Below are positions 1-10,400 of a DNA stretch of 64,000 nucleotides, piece by piece (position 1 is the first letter of the stretch; each line of letters begins with the position of its first letter). The DNA is taken from assembly GCA_048886525.1 (NCBI GenBank), contig JBHLKP010000001.1:16751-80750 (forward strand), read 5' to 3'. Under the pieces are notes generated by a model. That model was not told the origin of the DNA, searched no databases, and worked only from the letters and a program-made list of their open reading frames with translations. This DNA is from Candidatus Hodarchaeota archaeon (GTDB taxonomy: Archaea > Asgardarchaeota > Heimdallarchaeia > Hodarchaeales > Hodarchaeaceae). A program made the translations under genes and the position numbers.

Positions 1-276
1 AGCTGGTTAGAGGAAATCTTCAAACATAATGGAAAAGGAATGATTCCCGTTGTCCTTTTAGGTAATAAAGTAGATTTACGAGACCAGTTTCCAAATCATA
101 TTTCAGATGGTCAAGCAGAGGAATTTGCTGAAAATCTATCAAGAAAGACAATGGAGTCAGGTTTTCCAGTAAAATACATGCCTACTTCAGCCAAAACGGG
201 ATTGAACGTTTCAGCAGCATTTGATATGCTTGGAAACGTATACTTGGATTTCATAGAAGCTCAACAATCTAAGTAA
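1..276 (+). CDS. Ras/Rab-family small GTPase, C-terminal part (5' end lies outside the window)
   Basis: Frame 1 is open from base 1 (SWLEEIFKHNGKGMIPVVLLGNKVDL...). G4 motif NKVD in 'LLGNKVDL' and G5 motif 'TSAKTG' have Ras-superfamily spacing. Stop TAA at 274-276. Confidence 0.8.
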   Translation, partial: SWLEEIFKHNGKGMIPVVLLGNKVDLRDQFPNHISDGQAEEFAENLSRKTMESGFPVKYMPTSAKTGLNVSAAFDMLGNVYLDFIEAQQSK

Positions 277-447
277 GCAGATTCCTTTCTTTAATCTTTT
301 TTATATCTTCGATTTTTTAAATTGACTCTATTTATTATAACTAAAGAAGATTTAATAATATTTTAATCTGAAGATTTTCTATTTCAGGAAAAACTAGTCT
401 TATACACATCTTAAAAAAAGATGTAAGAGGTCAAAAGTAAAAATGGA

Positions 448-1143
448 TTAGAACTCAATATTATCAATAGAATTGACAATTCGTGCTCCAAGAATCATGG
501 GGATGGTTGTTTGTCCCATTAGTAGTAGAATGTAACGATCTTTTGCGTAACTAGCGTATCCTTTAGTTAAATAAGAAATTGTATCTACTTCTGACTCATC
601 CATTGCAAACCATATTGCAATTCTCTTTTTTTTGAACAATCCTTTCTTTTCAGCCATTATATCAACTGGACTTGCTTCTGTTTCGATTTCTCGGGCATTT
701 TCTTTGACTTTATATCCTGCTTCCCTAAATCGTTCATATAGTTCCGTTTTGAGGATGTTTGCTTTAATTTCTCCCGCTTTCCTTAAATATTTTTCACTTT
801 CAAATTGCTGGCCCAAACGATTAAATGAACCAGATAATTTTCTAAAGACTCTAAATAGGATATCATCTGGAGATGTTTCAGTTAATGATTCTAAAGTTTC
901 TAATTGAGTCATTGACATTAATAAATGGCTTAGGGCTTCTTGATCTTTTTGTTGTATTATTTTTATGTCACCCAAACTCTCTTGAATCTCTGCTTCAAAC
1001 ATTAATTTATCTGTTTGCGAAATATCGTCTGGTGGTTGAGTTTGAAGTATATTGAGAGCATTATTAAGAATTTCTGTAGCTTTATCAGCCTTTTTTTCAA
1101 CTATCAGCGTTTTTGCTTCTTTAATGGCAAGCTTTAGATCCAT
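448..1143 (-). CDS. hypothetical protein: helical N-terminal part plus possible restriction-endonuclease-like C-terminal fold
   Basis: 231-aa ORF convergent with the GTPase gene. The charged helical N-terminal two thirds is TPR-like at best. C-terminal 'ELYERFREAGYKV...PVDIMAEKK...RIAIWFAMDESEVDTISYL' resembles the Mrr_cat/PD-(D/E)xK core but has no clear E-x-K. Function unknown. Confidence 0.45.
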   Translation of the reverse strand: MDLKLAIKEAKTLIVEKKADKATEILNNALNILQTQPPDDISQTDKLMFEAEIQESLGDIKIIQQKDQEALSHLLMSMTQLETLESLTETSPDDILFRVFRKLSGSFNRLGQQFESEKYLRKAGEIKANILKTELYERFREAGYKVKENAREIETEASPVDIMAEKKGLFKKKRIAIWFAMDESEVDTISYLTKGYASYAKDRYILLLMGQTTIPMILGARIVNSIDNIEF

Positions 1144-1425
1144 AATTCATTCCTTCAATAATTATTAGATTTTGAGGGTACTTGAATGCCTTTAATTTTA
1201 TATACTGTGTTTTGCATGCTGCTTTTTCATGCTTTTCATATTTATTAAGTTTCTTCTTTTCTAAATTAGACTATTAATTTTTTTTAAAAAATCTGTTCTA
1301 AAAAGATTTGGCTGAATAAGCATTTATTATACATTTAATGTCAATTTAGAACTGATGAAGGTCTGAAAGAGAAAGTGGGAGGATTATATTAGCTATAATT
1401 AGTTCAAGATTTTCAATTAAAGAAA

Positions 1426-2148
1426 TTAATGAGCGGTTAATCTTGAAATCTTTGTTAAATAATTTTCAATGCTTTCCTTTGGTTTTAATGAGACCATTAA
1501 TATACGATCTGCATCCAAGGAATATAAGAGTATCATGTTATTTTTACCAGTAACCGCTATACTCTGTGCTTCTTGACCTAAAACACGAGTAGGCAGGCTA
1601 AGAGCTGATGAAACAGCTGCTAGTTGAGCTGAATCTACGTTCAAACTTGAAAGAAGATCACTTAGTGGAATACCAGCAGTTGAAAGCAATAATATAGCAG
1701 TAGCTTCGGGAATAGCTCTTTGTAATTTCTCAATTAAACTATCTTCAATATCTAAAGTTTTTACTATTGCATTAATTTTTTCTGCTGCATTCCTTAGGGT
1801 TTTTGACAAGGTATTAAGAGCAGGTCGATTTTCAAAGGATGATTTCGGAAGATTAACGGTAGTAATTAATATAGTATCAGTGGATTTTGTCGCTATTATT
1901 ATGGAGCGTTCTTGAAAAACAACATACTCGTTAACACCATCCATAAACGTTTTTTCTAAAAAATTATTTGATATTGCAAGCGCACTAGATACAGCAGCTG
2001 GAATAACATGTAATTCGTCACCTGGCTCTTCTTCTTTACTCTTCCCATATATTGGTGATCCATCAATGGTGGAAACAATAATTTGAGAAATATTTTGATC
2101 TTGAAACAGCTCTTCAACTATTTTTGTAAGTGCGGGTATTTTTTTCAA
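1426..2148 (-). CDS. tandem Roadblock/LC7 (MglB-like) domain protein
   Basis: Two Roadblock-like repeats: 'IIVSTIDGSPIYGKS...SIIIATKSTDTILITTV' and 'AILLLSTAGIPLSDL...NMILLYSLDADRILMVSL'. At 240 aa it is about twice a single Roadblock domain. Confidence 0.65.
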   Translation of the reverse strand: MKKIPALTKIVEELFQDQNISQIIVSTIDGSPIYGKSKEEEPGDELHVIPAAVSSALAISNNFLEKTFMDGVNEYVVFQERSIIIATKSTDTILITTVNLPKSSFENRPALNTLSKTLRNAAEKINAIVKTLDIEDSLIEKLQRAIPEATAILLLSTAGIPLSDLLSSLNVDSAQLAAVSSALSLPTRVLGQEAQSIAVTGKNNMILLYSLDADRILMVSLKPKESIENYLTKISRLTAH

Positions 2149-2347
2149 TTAAAACCACCTTCTTAGAGAGCTAATGGGGAATCTAAGATAGATGCAATTT
2201 AAAAAGATAGCCTTTTCATTAGAATTAGTCTTATTTTTCTAGCTTCCTAGTAGCATAATAACATGAAGAGAAAATATAGAGTATCCCCTGATGTAACCCT
2301 AATCTCAAAAAGAAGAATTCTAGAACGAATTGAGAAGATTTAAGATA

Positions 2348-3448
2348 TTAACTTACAGTTTCTTCAATCAATTCTTGCTTAGATTCCATTCCACCTAGTA
2401 AGGTTCCACTATATGAACCTTTCTTATAGATATTTAAAGCTTTATCGGTTTTTTCAACGCATTTCATTGCATTCGGTTCCATTTCAAGCATTGCTCTAAT
2501 TGCATCTACATTTTCAGGAATAGGAATCGATTCCATGTGAACATCGATTATTAGGTACAAATTGCCTCGTGAATCAAGATTAAGAGGTTCTTGCCAAATA
2601 AAAACTTCAGGACGATCATAGCGAGGTCTACCAAGGTCACGGAAGTATTCCACAAGTTGTGCTGAATCGAAAAGGCCTTGCTTTCCAGGTTCAATTAAGA
2701 TTCTGGGTGTTTGCTTGAATAATTCTATAACATCATCCTTTGAAGGTTGTTGATTCAACGAGATTTTCATCATATGCACATGTGATAAGGTCCAACTCCC
2801 TGCTATAGCTAGTGAATGAATCCTATCCTCCAATTGAGGCATAATGGTTACTAAGTCAGGCCCATGATGTGAGACACCTAAAACTGGAGTGATCGCATTT
2901 ATCGGTCCACGATTTGTCCGCGAAGGATCACCTGCTCGTCGAGCCAGTGCGATAAAAGCTTCAGACACACCGTATTCTTGGGCAAGAGTAGCAATAACTC
3001 TAGTAAGAGCTGTCGTATTACAAGATACTACCCTTGTCTTATCAACACCAAAGTGGGTCGAATAGTTACCAAATGTACTAAAACTTCTTTCTGTCAAAGA
3101 ATGTTTTTCTCCACCTTGTACTAGAACTTTAACATCTGCTACTTTATATAAAGGGAAGTTTTGAGCTGGAACACCTGATGGAGTGCAATCAACTACAACA
3201 TCAATCTCTTTTACTAAATCGTCAAGAAAACCAACTACCTCATACCCCGCTTCTCTCATTCGTGGCTCGAAATCTGGAACACTACAGTAAATAGGATATT
3301 TACGCTCCTTAGCTATTCGTAATCGAACATCTGAAATAATGTCCGCGATACCTACAAGTTTCATATCAGGTTGAGCTGCCACCGCATCAGCAACTCGCTT
3401 TCCAATAACACCATAACCCACAACACCAACTTTTCCAGTTTTTGCCAA
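2348..3448 (-). CDS. gap: glyceraldehyde-3-phosphate dehydrogenase, archaeal type II
   Basis: Rossmann motif 'VGVVGYGVIGKRVADAV' and catalytic-Cys motif 'VVSCNTTALTR', with archaeal GAPDH organisation. The only canonical start upstream of the Rossmann motif is TTG (3446-3448). About 30 extra C-terminal residues. Confidence 0.9.
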   Translation of the reverse strand: MAKTGKVGVVGYGVIGKRVADAVAAQPDMKLVGIADIISDVRLRIAKERKYPIYCSVPDFEPRMREAGYEVVGFLDDLVKEIDVVVDCTPSGVPAQNFPLYKVADVKVLVQGGEKHSLTERSFSTFGNYSTHFGVDKTRVVSCNTTALTRVIATLAQEYGVSEAFIALARRAGDPSRTNRGPINAITPVLGVSHHGPDLVTIMPQLEDRIHSLAIAGSWTLSHVHMMKISLNQQPSKDDVIELFKQTPRILIEPGKQGLFDSAQLVEYFRDLGRPRYDRPEVFIWQEPLNLDSRGNLYLIIDVHMESIPIPENVDAIRAMLEMEPNAMKCVEKTDKALNIYKKGSYSGTLLGGMESKQELIEETVS

Positions 3449-3451
3449 CTG

Positions 3452-3793
3452 TTACACCTCCTCTTTCTGAAGTTCTTTTAATATTTTAAGACCTTTATTT
3501 GTTAAGTAGAACATTCTTAATACATTTTGTCCTGCAATTTCGATATTAGTTTGGCCAAGATAATCCAGTGTTTTACGGACAACAGCTACATCATGTGCTA
3601 TTAGACCTTTCGCTTCTAACCAACCAATTGACAGAAGAGTTTTTTCAAGGGATAATTCTGTTTTTTCAATAATTTTTTTATAAGGAACTCCCCTTATTCC
3701 AGCAATTGAATGGTATCCCCGAAAATATTCTGCTGGTTCTGCTAGGGCTAAAATCACTTTCTTCTGGTCATCATTAAGATCAGCAGTATTCAT
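3452..3793 (-). CDS. small winged-helix protein, paralogue A
   Basis: 113 aa. 'LSLEKTLLSIGWLEAKGLIAH...DYLGQTNIEIAGQNVLRMFYLTNKG' has a wHTH-like pattern and is roughly 45% identical by eye to the 4214-4525 product. Its stop lies 3 nt upstream of the gap start. Confidence 0.6.
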   Translation of the reverse strand: MNTADLNDDQKKVILALAEPAEYFRGYHSIAGIRGVPYKKIIEKTELSLEKTLLSIGWLEAKGLIAHDVAVVRKTLDYLGQTNIEIAGQNVLRMFYLTNKGLKILKELQKEEV

Positions 3794-4213
3794 CTTTTAA
3801 ATCACCTCAAAATATAACAAAAAATCGTCTCAATAATCTGTTATTATCCTTTCTATTCGCGTATATTTAAATGCAAACATATACAAAAATTATTGCCCAT
3901 CCTTAAGACATGGTTTAATATTAAACTTAAAAAAATCTGTGAAAAGAGAATATTTAATCGTTTTGATATGTTTTTAAGCGCTCTTTACTCATAAAAGGCT
4001 GAAAAATTTTAATGATTGGTAGTAGGATGATTAAATCTGGTAATTTCTTTTTACAGATGCATTTAAGAATATCTGAAAGTAAGCTTAAGTAGTAAAGCTA
4101 TTGAAATATCTATAGTTCATTTCGAGAAATGATAATAAGATGATAGCAAGGAAAGGCGAGATAAGTCTCAAAAAAGGGAATTCTTATTTGAAATCTTTGC
4201 TTTTTAGAGTTAA

Positions 4214-4525
4214 TTATAATTTTACAGTTTTCCCTTTCGGAGTTAAAGTGAAAATTCTAACAATCTTCTGTCCTGCGATCTCAAAACTTGTTCTTCCCAA
4301 GTAATCAACCATTTGTCGTTGAACTGCACATTGGTGCTTAACGAGGTCTTTTGCTTCCAAGCTTCCTAGAGACAGTAAAGTTTTTTCTAGAGATAGATCT
4401 GAAGCCTTCATGATTTCCTTGTAAGGGAGACCAATAATTCCGTTTTCTTCGCTCCTCACTATATAATGAGATGGATTCTTTAATACATTGACAATTCGAC
4501 GTTGATCATCATTTAATTCGTACAT
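4214..4525 (-). CDS. small winged-helix protein, paralogue B
   Basis: 103 aa. 'LSLEKTLLSLGSLEAKDLVKH...DYLGRTSFEIAGQKIVRIFTLTPKG' is colinear with paralogue A. Confidence 0.6.
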   Translation of the reverse strand: MYELNDDQRRIVNVLKNPSHYIVRSEENGIIGLPYKEIMKASDLSLEKTLLSLGSLEAKDLVKHQCAVQRQMVDYLGRTSFEIAGQKIVRIFTLTPKGKTVKL

Positions 4526-4715
4526 ATGATATTATTCCTCTTTCTGGATTGGTAACTAGGAAATGAAGATTAGTACTACTGAGGGATCTTCTAAAATATA
4601 AAACTATCGGTTTTTAGGGAAGTTTCCTTTTGACCCCTATGAAGCATACAGGTTTGATGACAAGTTTAGTAGTTCCAGATTTTTAATTTAAAGGGAATAG
4701 ATTAGTAATACTGAT

Positions 4716-5948
4716 TTATTCTAAATTAATTTTTGCATTCAACATTCGTATTTGGTGCGCAACCTCTTCTGGAAATAATTGGGACAAACGAAGGTCATCA
4801 AGAATTTCTACTCCTCCTATCTGCTGAATAGGGATAATATCAATTAACATGTGGATATCGTTGTTATCGCCAAAATCAGCTTGTCGAATTAATACATTTC
4901 TGTCCTGCTGAATATTTAGATTCTGTCCAAATTTTTTTACAAACTGGGATATTTGATGATTTACAATTATCAATCCTCTCGCTAAAGATTTAATTTCAAA
5001 AGATTTTAGATTCCAAAGCGAAGAAACATGTCGTTTCGGTAATAAACGTAAATGACAGTCTCTTTCTGGAGCAAAAGATGTAAAACTTATCCAGTTTTCA
5101 TCCTCCCATGTTACTCTATCTTCAACAAAAACTTCTTGTCCTAGGGGATCTTTTTCAATCTTTTTGGGATATTGACAGCCTAAACAATACTCTTTACTAC
5201 CAGTCAGCTTCTTATGATTTTTATAGGCTTCTAAAAATCCCCTATTTTTCCAACCATAACCTTTTCTGTCATTAAAAAGGTAAGTTTGGGCATGAAGATG
5301 AGGAATACTAGCTCCTGCAGTAGAACCGATATTAAAAAACTGAATAACATTAGTTTTTTCTTTCCCTCCTGTTACAAAAAGTGCTTTTTGACTTGCTTTT
5401 ATAGTTAGTACAATATTTTGAAGTAAAAGTATCATTTCTTCTTCAGGAACATCTTCAATAGTTCGATAATGATTTCTAACAACATGGATCAATGGAATTC
5501 CTTTAAAAGTCCTTTTTGTTGAGATATCATTCAAATTAAATTCACGAAAAATTCTTGGTATCGGTGGATACAGGTTTATTGCAGAAAAAACTTTAGTAGA
5601 ACTAAGATTTTCATATTCGGGGGATTCAGATAAAGGATCTTTGGCTATCATCAAATCCTTTGAGAGAACAATAGAAGGGATTTCTCCTGCAATCAACCGA
5701 CAAAAAGAATCTTTCCCTTCTTTTAGCTCACTAATTTGGATATTCTTCTCTTGAAGCAGATATTCGTACGGTTTTTCTCCCCTTAATATGTTAATGACTG
5801 TGCTATGTCCTATCTTCGTTCTATTTTTAATGATTGTACGAAATGGATCCCATCTCTCTTCGGGTACTGATTCTAATTTTTCGTAAATTCCCCAGTGTCC
5901 ATTTATCTTAGGAATTTTACTTGAATTAGGATCAACTCGTTTTTTCAT
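4716..5948 (-). CDS. GalT-family (HIT superfamily branch III) nucleotidyltransferase/phosphorylase
   Basis: Active-site motif 'GASIPHLHAQTY' (H-x-H-x-Q) preceded by 'VFSAINLYPPI'. The second pseudo-repeat carries 'CLGCQY' and 'LRLLPKRH'. The first-half zinc motif is degenerate ('FCRLIAG' where the family has C-x-x-C). Confidence 0.7.
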   Translation of the reverse strand: MKKRVDPNSSKIPKINGHWGIYEKLESVPEERWDPFRTIIKNRTKIGHSTVINILRGEKPYEYLLQEKNIQISELKEGKDSFCRLIAGEIPSIVLSKDLMIAKDPLSESPEYENLSSTKVFSAINLYPPIPRIFREFNLNDISTKRTFKGIPLIHVVRNHYRTIEDVPEEEMILLLQNIVLTIKASQKALFVTGGKEKTNVIQFFNIGSTAGASIPHLHAQTYLFNDRKGYGWKNRGFLEAYKNHKKLTGSKEYCLGCQYPKKIEKDPLGQEVFVEDRVTWEDENWISFTSFAPERDCHLRLLPKRHVSSLWNLKSFEIKSLARGLIIVNHQISQFVKKFGQNLNIQQDRNVLIRQADFGDNNDIHMLIDIIPIQQIGGVEILDDLRLSQLFPEEVAHQIRMLNAKINLE

Positions 5949-6109
5949 GTAATACTTGCTTCCATATTTGCTTAATGGTTATAAAAAGAAACCCGTTACT
6001 TTTTATATTTAGATATTCTGAATAGTCTAAAAATTAATAGAATGTTTTTTTGTTAAATTTAATAAACTAATCACCAGTTAGATGATTCTGGTTTATTTGG
6101 TGCTAAATT

Positions 6110-7348
6110 ATGGAAGGTGTACTTCAAAAAAGCCGAGGAAAGTTGTTGGATAGAGCTAAAAAATTTATATTTTCTACTGCTCTCCCTGATAGCGCTTCAA
6201 CTCTTTGTCGGTTAAATTTTCGGTACGGTTTGGCAAAAATGCATATTGTTCAAGAAGAATTAGGCATGGAACCAACTGCAAGCTTTATTGCTGCGCCTGA
6301 TTGTACAATAACTCGTAATTTGCAACGATGGAGGAGTGGAATTGGATATGGAGGTAAAATAACATGGGGTGATGGAAAAGAACCTATAGTATTTATAGAT
6401 ACAATGCCAAATGGTTGTGGAATGCTTGTAGGATCACTAGATGAAATTCCTGACCCCATGGAATTGATTCAACGAGTACATGAGATGACTGAGAGAGGTG
6501 GGGAAATTGAGCTTGACGGAATACCTATCTATTGGAATTTTGGGGTTGGAAATCACTTCATTAATGTTTTTGAAATATCTCGTAATCCTGCTGTAGGTTA
6601 TTCTCATGAATTACCACAATATTCGTTTATAATCCACAGTTCCCCTGTCGAGTTAAAAACTGATAATAATCCCAAAAATCTGGGATTATATTATCATGAA
6701 AGTGAAAATCTACGTTATTTTTCTGAAACGTCAGAAACCCCATTTGGGGACATTCATTATCTCGTTGGCGAAAACGCGCAGAATTACTTCAAATTTTATC
6801 AATACGCTAAATCTTTCGGAAAAAAACGTCGTCATCTCGCAGCCGAATTACTTTTTGGCAAAGATTTTGATGTTATAACCGATAAAACTCATCAGGGATT
6901 GGTACATCTGAATGAGGTTTCATTAGGTTGTTACGTTTTTGATGGTATGGAAGATGAACTATTTCCTTTGACTCTTCGGGCAGATTTGCCATGTTATCTA
7001 ATGAAAGGTGTTCATAATTTTACAGAGAATGCAATGGAAAATTTACACTTTACTAATCGTGCTGTTAAGTATGGTCTTACTGAGCGTTTAATGAATGCTA
7101 ATATTCTACCTCATGGGGGTGGTTATACATTTAATCATATTATATCAATCCCTGAAATTTTTGAAACGGTTGAGAAAAGACGGTACTTTTCAGTTGATCT
7201 TGGTACTGGGATAGGATCACAGATCTTTGAGACTCCCCGAGAACTTGAATTTTCGTATCGTGGGAGAAATGTTCTTGTTCAGACTATTGACCTAGGTTTG
7301 GGTGAAATAGTGGCACGTATGGTTCCCCGTTTTGCATTGAAGATATAA
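6110..7348 (+). CDS. divergent RtcB-like protein (RNA ligase fold), tentative
   Basis: A colinear series of RtcB-like motifs: 'AAPDCT' (family MPDaH), 'DTMPNGCGMLVG' (D-x-x-CG), 'GVGNHFINVFE' (GsGNHFiE), 'IIHSSP' (HsGSRg), 'LPHGGG' (cHGAGR). Several metal or GMP ligands look substituted. Confidence 0.4.
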   Translation: MEGVLQKSRGKLLDRAKKFIFSTALPDSASTLCRLNFRYGLAKMHIVQEELGMEPTASFIAAPDCTITRNLQRWRSGIGYGGKITWGDGKEPIVFIDTMPNGCGMLVGSLDEIPDPMELIQRVHEMTERGGEIELDGIPIYWNFGVGNHFINVFEISRNPAVGYSHELPQYSFIIHSSPVELKTDNNPKNLGLYYHESENLRYFSETSETPFGDIHYLVGENAQNYFKFYQYAKSFGKKRRHLAAELLFGKDFDVITDKTHQGLVHLNEVSLGCYVFDGMEDELFPLTLRADLPCYLMKGVHNFTENAMENLHFTNRAVKYGLTERLMNANILPHGGGYTFNHIISIPEIFETVEKRRYFSVDLGTGIGSQIFETPRELEFSYRGRNVLVQTIDLGLGEIVARMVPRFALKI

Positions 7349-7485
7349 GCTTTTATACCAATAGAATTTATAGTTTAGCTTGATTTTCTTGTTATGAATA
7401 AAGCTTAACAGGATTCATTATTTAAATGACTTGTTTTTCGTTACGTTTATAGTTCTTCAAAGAGATTTTTCATAACTAAGAGTGC

Positions 7486-10400
7486 TTGGAGTTTCTAACT
7501 TTGTCAAAGAGCTCTTCAGAATTGACAAACGCTGATAACGTCAGTTTTTGGTCATTTCTAGAAAAAACAACAAAATCATTCAGATTTCGCTTATTTTTGT
7601 TTATCTTTCTAATATACATTGCGGGGGCAACACTCGATGTTACAAACACTAATCCTGGGTCCCGATTCATGTTGACGAAGTCTATTGCTAGATATGGAGA
7701 CTTTACAATTCGTGAAGAGGATCGAATTCGATACAGCTATCTCGATTTTTCAATATTAAATAGATTTAGAAATCCAAGCTTTGAAGAAGGATTATTAGAA
7801 GATGCGTACAACTGGACTGAATATGGTCAGAATAGTACCCGAGAATTAGCCAGTAATCATACAGGTAATTATGGATTTCAGATTAGCTCAAAAGATGGAT
7901 GGATTGAACAGGATATTAAGGATCTTGGGATTCATAGTATTTATTTGTACAAAATGAAATTCTGGGCAAAAAAGTTTGATTATTCAGATGCTTTTCTTAA
8001 TATAACATTTTTTTATAAAGATTCAACTCTCTCCTCTCATTGGGTTCGGGTGCGTTTTCAATTTTTTCATGAATATGAGGTCAATTTGGGAGATATCTCT
8101 TCTGATAAAGTAATTGACAAAATTCGTTTCCAAAATGCGAATTCTAGTGCACTTATTTTAGATGACGTTCATTTAGGCTCTATCTACTCAGATAAACCCC
8201 CTGGACTATCATTGATGACTGTTCCGATCTATTGGTTTGGTGAAATAATAGCTGTAAATTTCTTTGGAGTAGCTCCATCAGATCATTTTATGATCGATGA
8301 TATTGTTAAATTTTTAATTATTATTAGCGTATTGATGTTGGGGGCGTTTACTACTATTAAATTCTATGATCTATTGCTGATTCTTGGTATTTCTAAGAAG
8401 AGTGCGAACTTAACAACCTTGATTTTCGCATTAGGCAGTGTTTATTATGTCTATATTGGTACTTTTTTTTCTCATTCAATAACAGCAAGTTTATTATTAT
8501 TAGCGATATATTTTAGTACTAGATTTCGGATGAAAAAAGAAATTTCATCCCTTTTATGGTCAGCAGTTTTTTCTGGATTTGCCGTAGTTTGTGATTATAT
8601 CCTATTGCTTTTACTCCCCTTCTTGTTTTTTTACTCTTTCATTCCCTTCCCGAACCTTAAGGATATGCTTAGTCATTGGAAGCAATATATGCTTCCCGGG
8701 CTAGTCTTGTACTTTTTACCCATTATTTTTTGTGGGTTTCTTGTCATATTTTATAATTTTGCTTGCTTTAATGATCCTTTTAAGTCTCCATATGCTTTTT
8801 CATGGTATTTTTGGGATAGACAGCATTTTGCGGAGTCAATGTTCAAAGGGCTAGAGGTTCTGTTATTCTCACAACATCACGGTCTCATTAATTTTATGCC
8901 AATAGTATTAATTTGTCTTATTGGTTTTATTCCAATGTTTAAAAAAGCCCCTGCATTAGCAAGTTTGTGTATTTCATTATCTGCAATAATTATTTTGTTG
9001 TACAGTAAATATTATTTACCTACTGGTGGTCTTAATTATGGCCCACGTCAAATTGTCTCAATTATTCCTCTTTTAATCATTCCATTGGGTTACTTCTGGG
9101 ATTTAAGCGATGAAGGAGAAGCATTATTAAAAATAAAAGACTCTATTAGAGTAACCACAATAACGATTTTGAAAGTTATAGCCATTATCCTATCAGGAAT
9201 ATCATTCTTGATTAACTTTGCTGGAGGGTGGGTAGGTGTATATCCACTAGGAGGAGAAGGTATGCTTGATCCTATATGGGGTACTATCGATCAGGTGGGT
9301 CATATTGAAACTTTATTTAGTTGGTTTAACTTTTCTTTTAATACAAATGGTTCTATTTCAATTGAAATCCTTCACGGAACAACTGGTGGCTTTAAGTTGA
9401 ATGCAATTTTCCTCACTCTCCTTGTCGAACTTAGGTGGCCAACAGCTTCGAGTTTGGCAATGGGTGAACCTGCAGCATTTTTAGCCGCCTTATTACTTGC
9501 ATTACTAATCAATCCATTTTTTAATGTATATCGCATAGGCGATAAACTTTCTAAAAAAAGTCCATTAATTTTTGAAATAAATAGAAAGTATGTAATCATT
9601 ACTTTTCTCACATTAGTAGAATTGGTATTAGTAGTTTTATTCGTCTTATGGAGTGTTTTTGAAGCCTTACGAGTAGTTTTACCAGTAATCCATGATTCTA
9701 TTACCACCCTTGCATTGAAACTAGTAAGCTATCTAAATAGCACTTATACCACGGTGTCTACTATACCAGTTATTAATTTACTAATTTGGGGAATAGTCTT
9801 TTGTTTTTATATCGTTCTATACTTATTTATATTTCGGGATTCTTTTACTATCGGAAACTGGTTTGTAAATATATTTTTATTCGTTCTGATTACAAGTATC
9901 GCATGGATTTCATTCCACCAGCTTGAAGCTGAATTAAAAAAAGTTAAGTTAAATAAAAAAATCTCAAAGCTAATTGATACAATATATTTCAAACGATATC
10001 AATCAATAGCACAGATCTTAGTTTATATGTTCTTGATAACGAGTTTCTGGTCTCTCCTTCGTGATGTAATTCTTTACATTTTGGGTTTAGGAGATTCACT
10101 GAATCCTTCTCTACATACAAATTTGACTTATATATTATTAGTTTCTGTGTTTATATCAACAATATCAATAGCTAAGGTTCCATTTGATGAAAAGGAATTT
10201 AGGAAAAAAATCAATAAATCAGAGTCAATTAAATTTAAAAAAATGGTTACAGAAAAACATGATCTTTCAAGCGTTTACGAGGCTAAAATTCTATGCACGA
10301 TTTCATTAATAGGAGTCATTTTTATAATTATTAATGTTGTAGGGGTGATAATCAAAACCAATTTTTCGTTGATAGAATTATTTTTTATCAGTCCAACTTT

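Noticed and set aside
406-424. Short hairpin ACATCTT-AAAAA-AAGATGT between convergent genes
   Set aside because: The 7-bp A/T-rich stem has marginal stability and is indistinguishable from chance in this composition.
632-1055. Track ORFs 632-907(+) and 873-1055(+)
   Set aside because: They lie entirely antisense to the longer 448-1143 ORF. They are low-complexity and carry no motifs, so they are likely shadow ORFs in AT-rich DNA.
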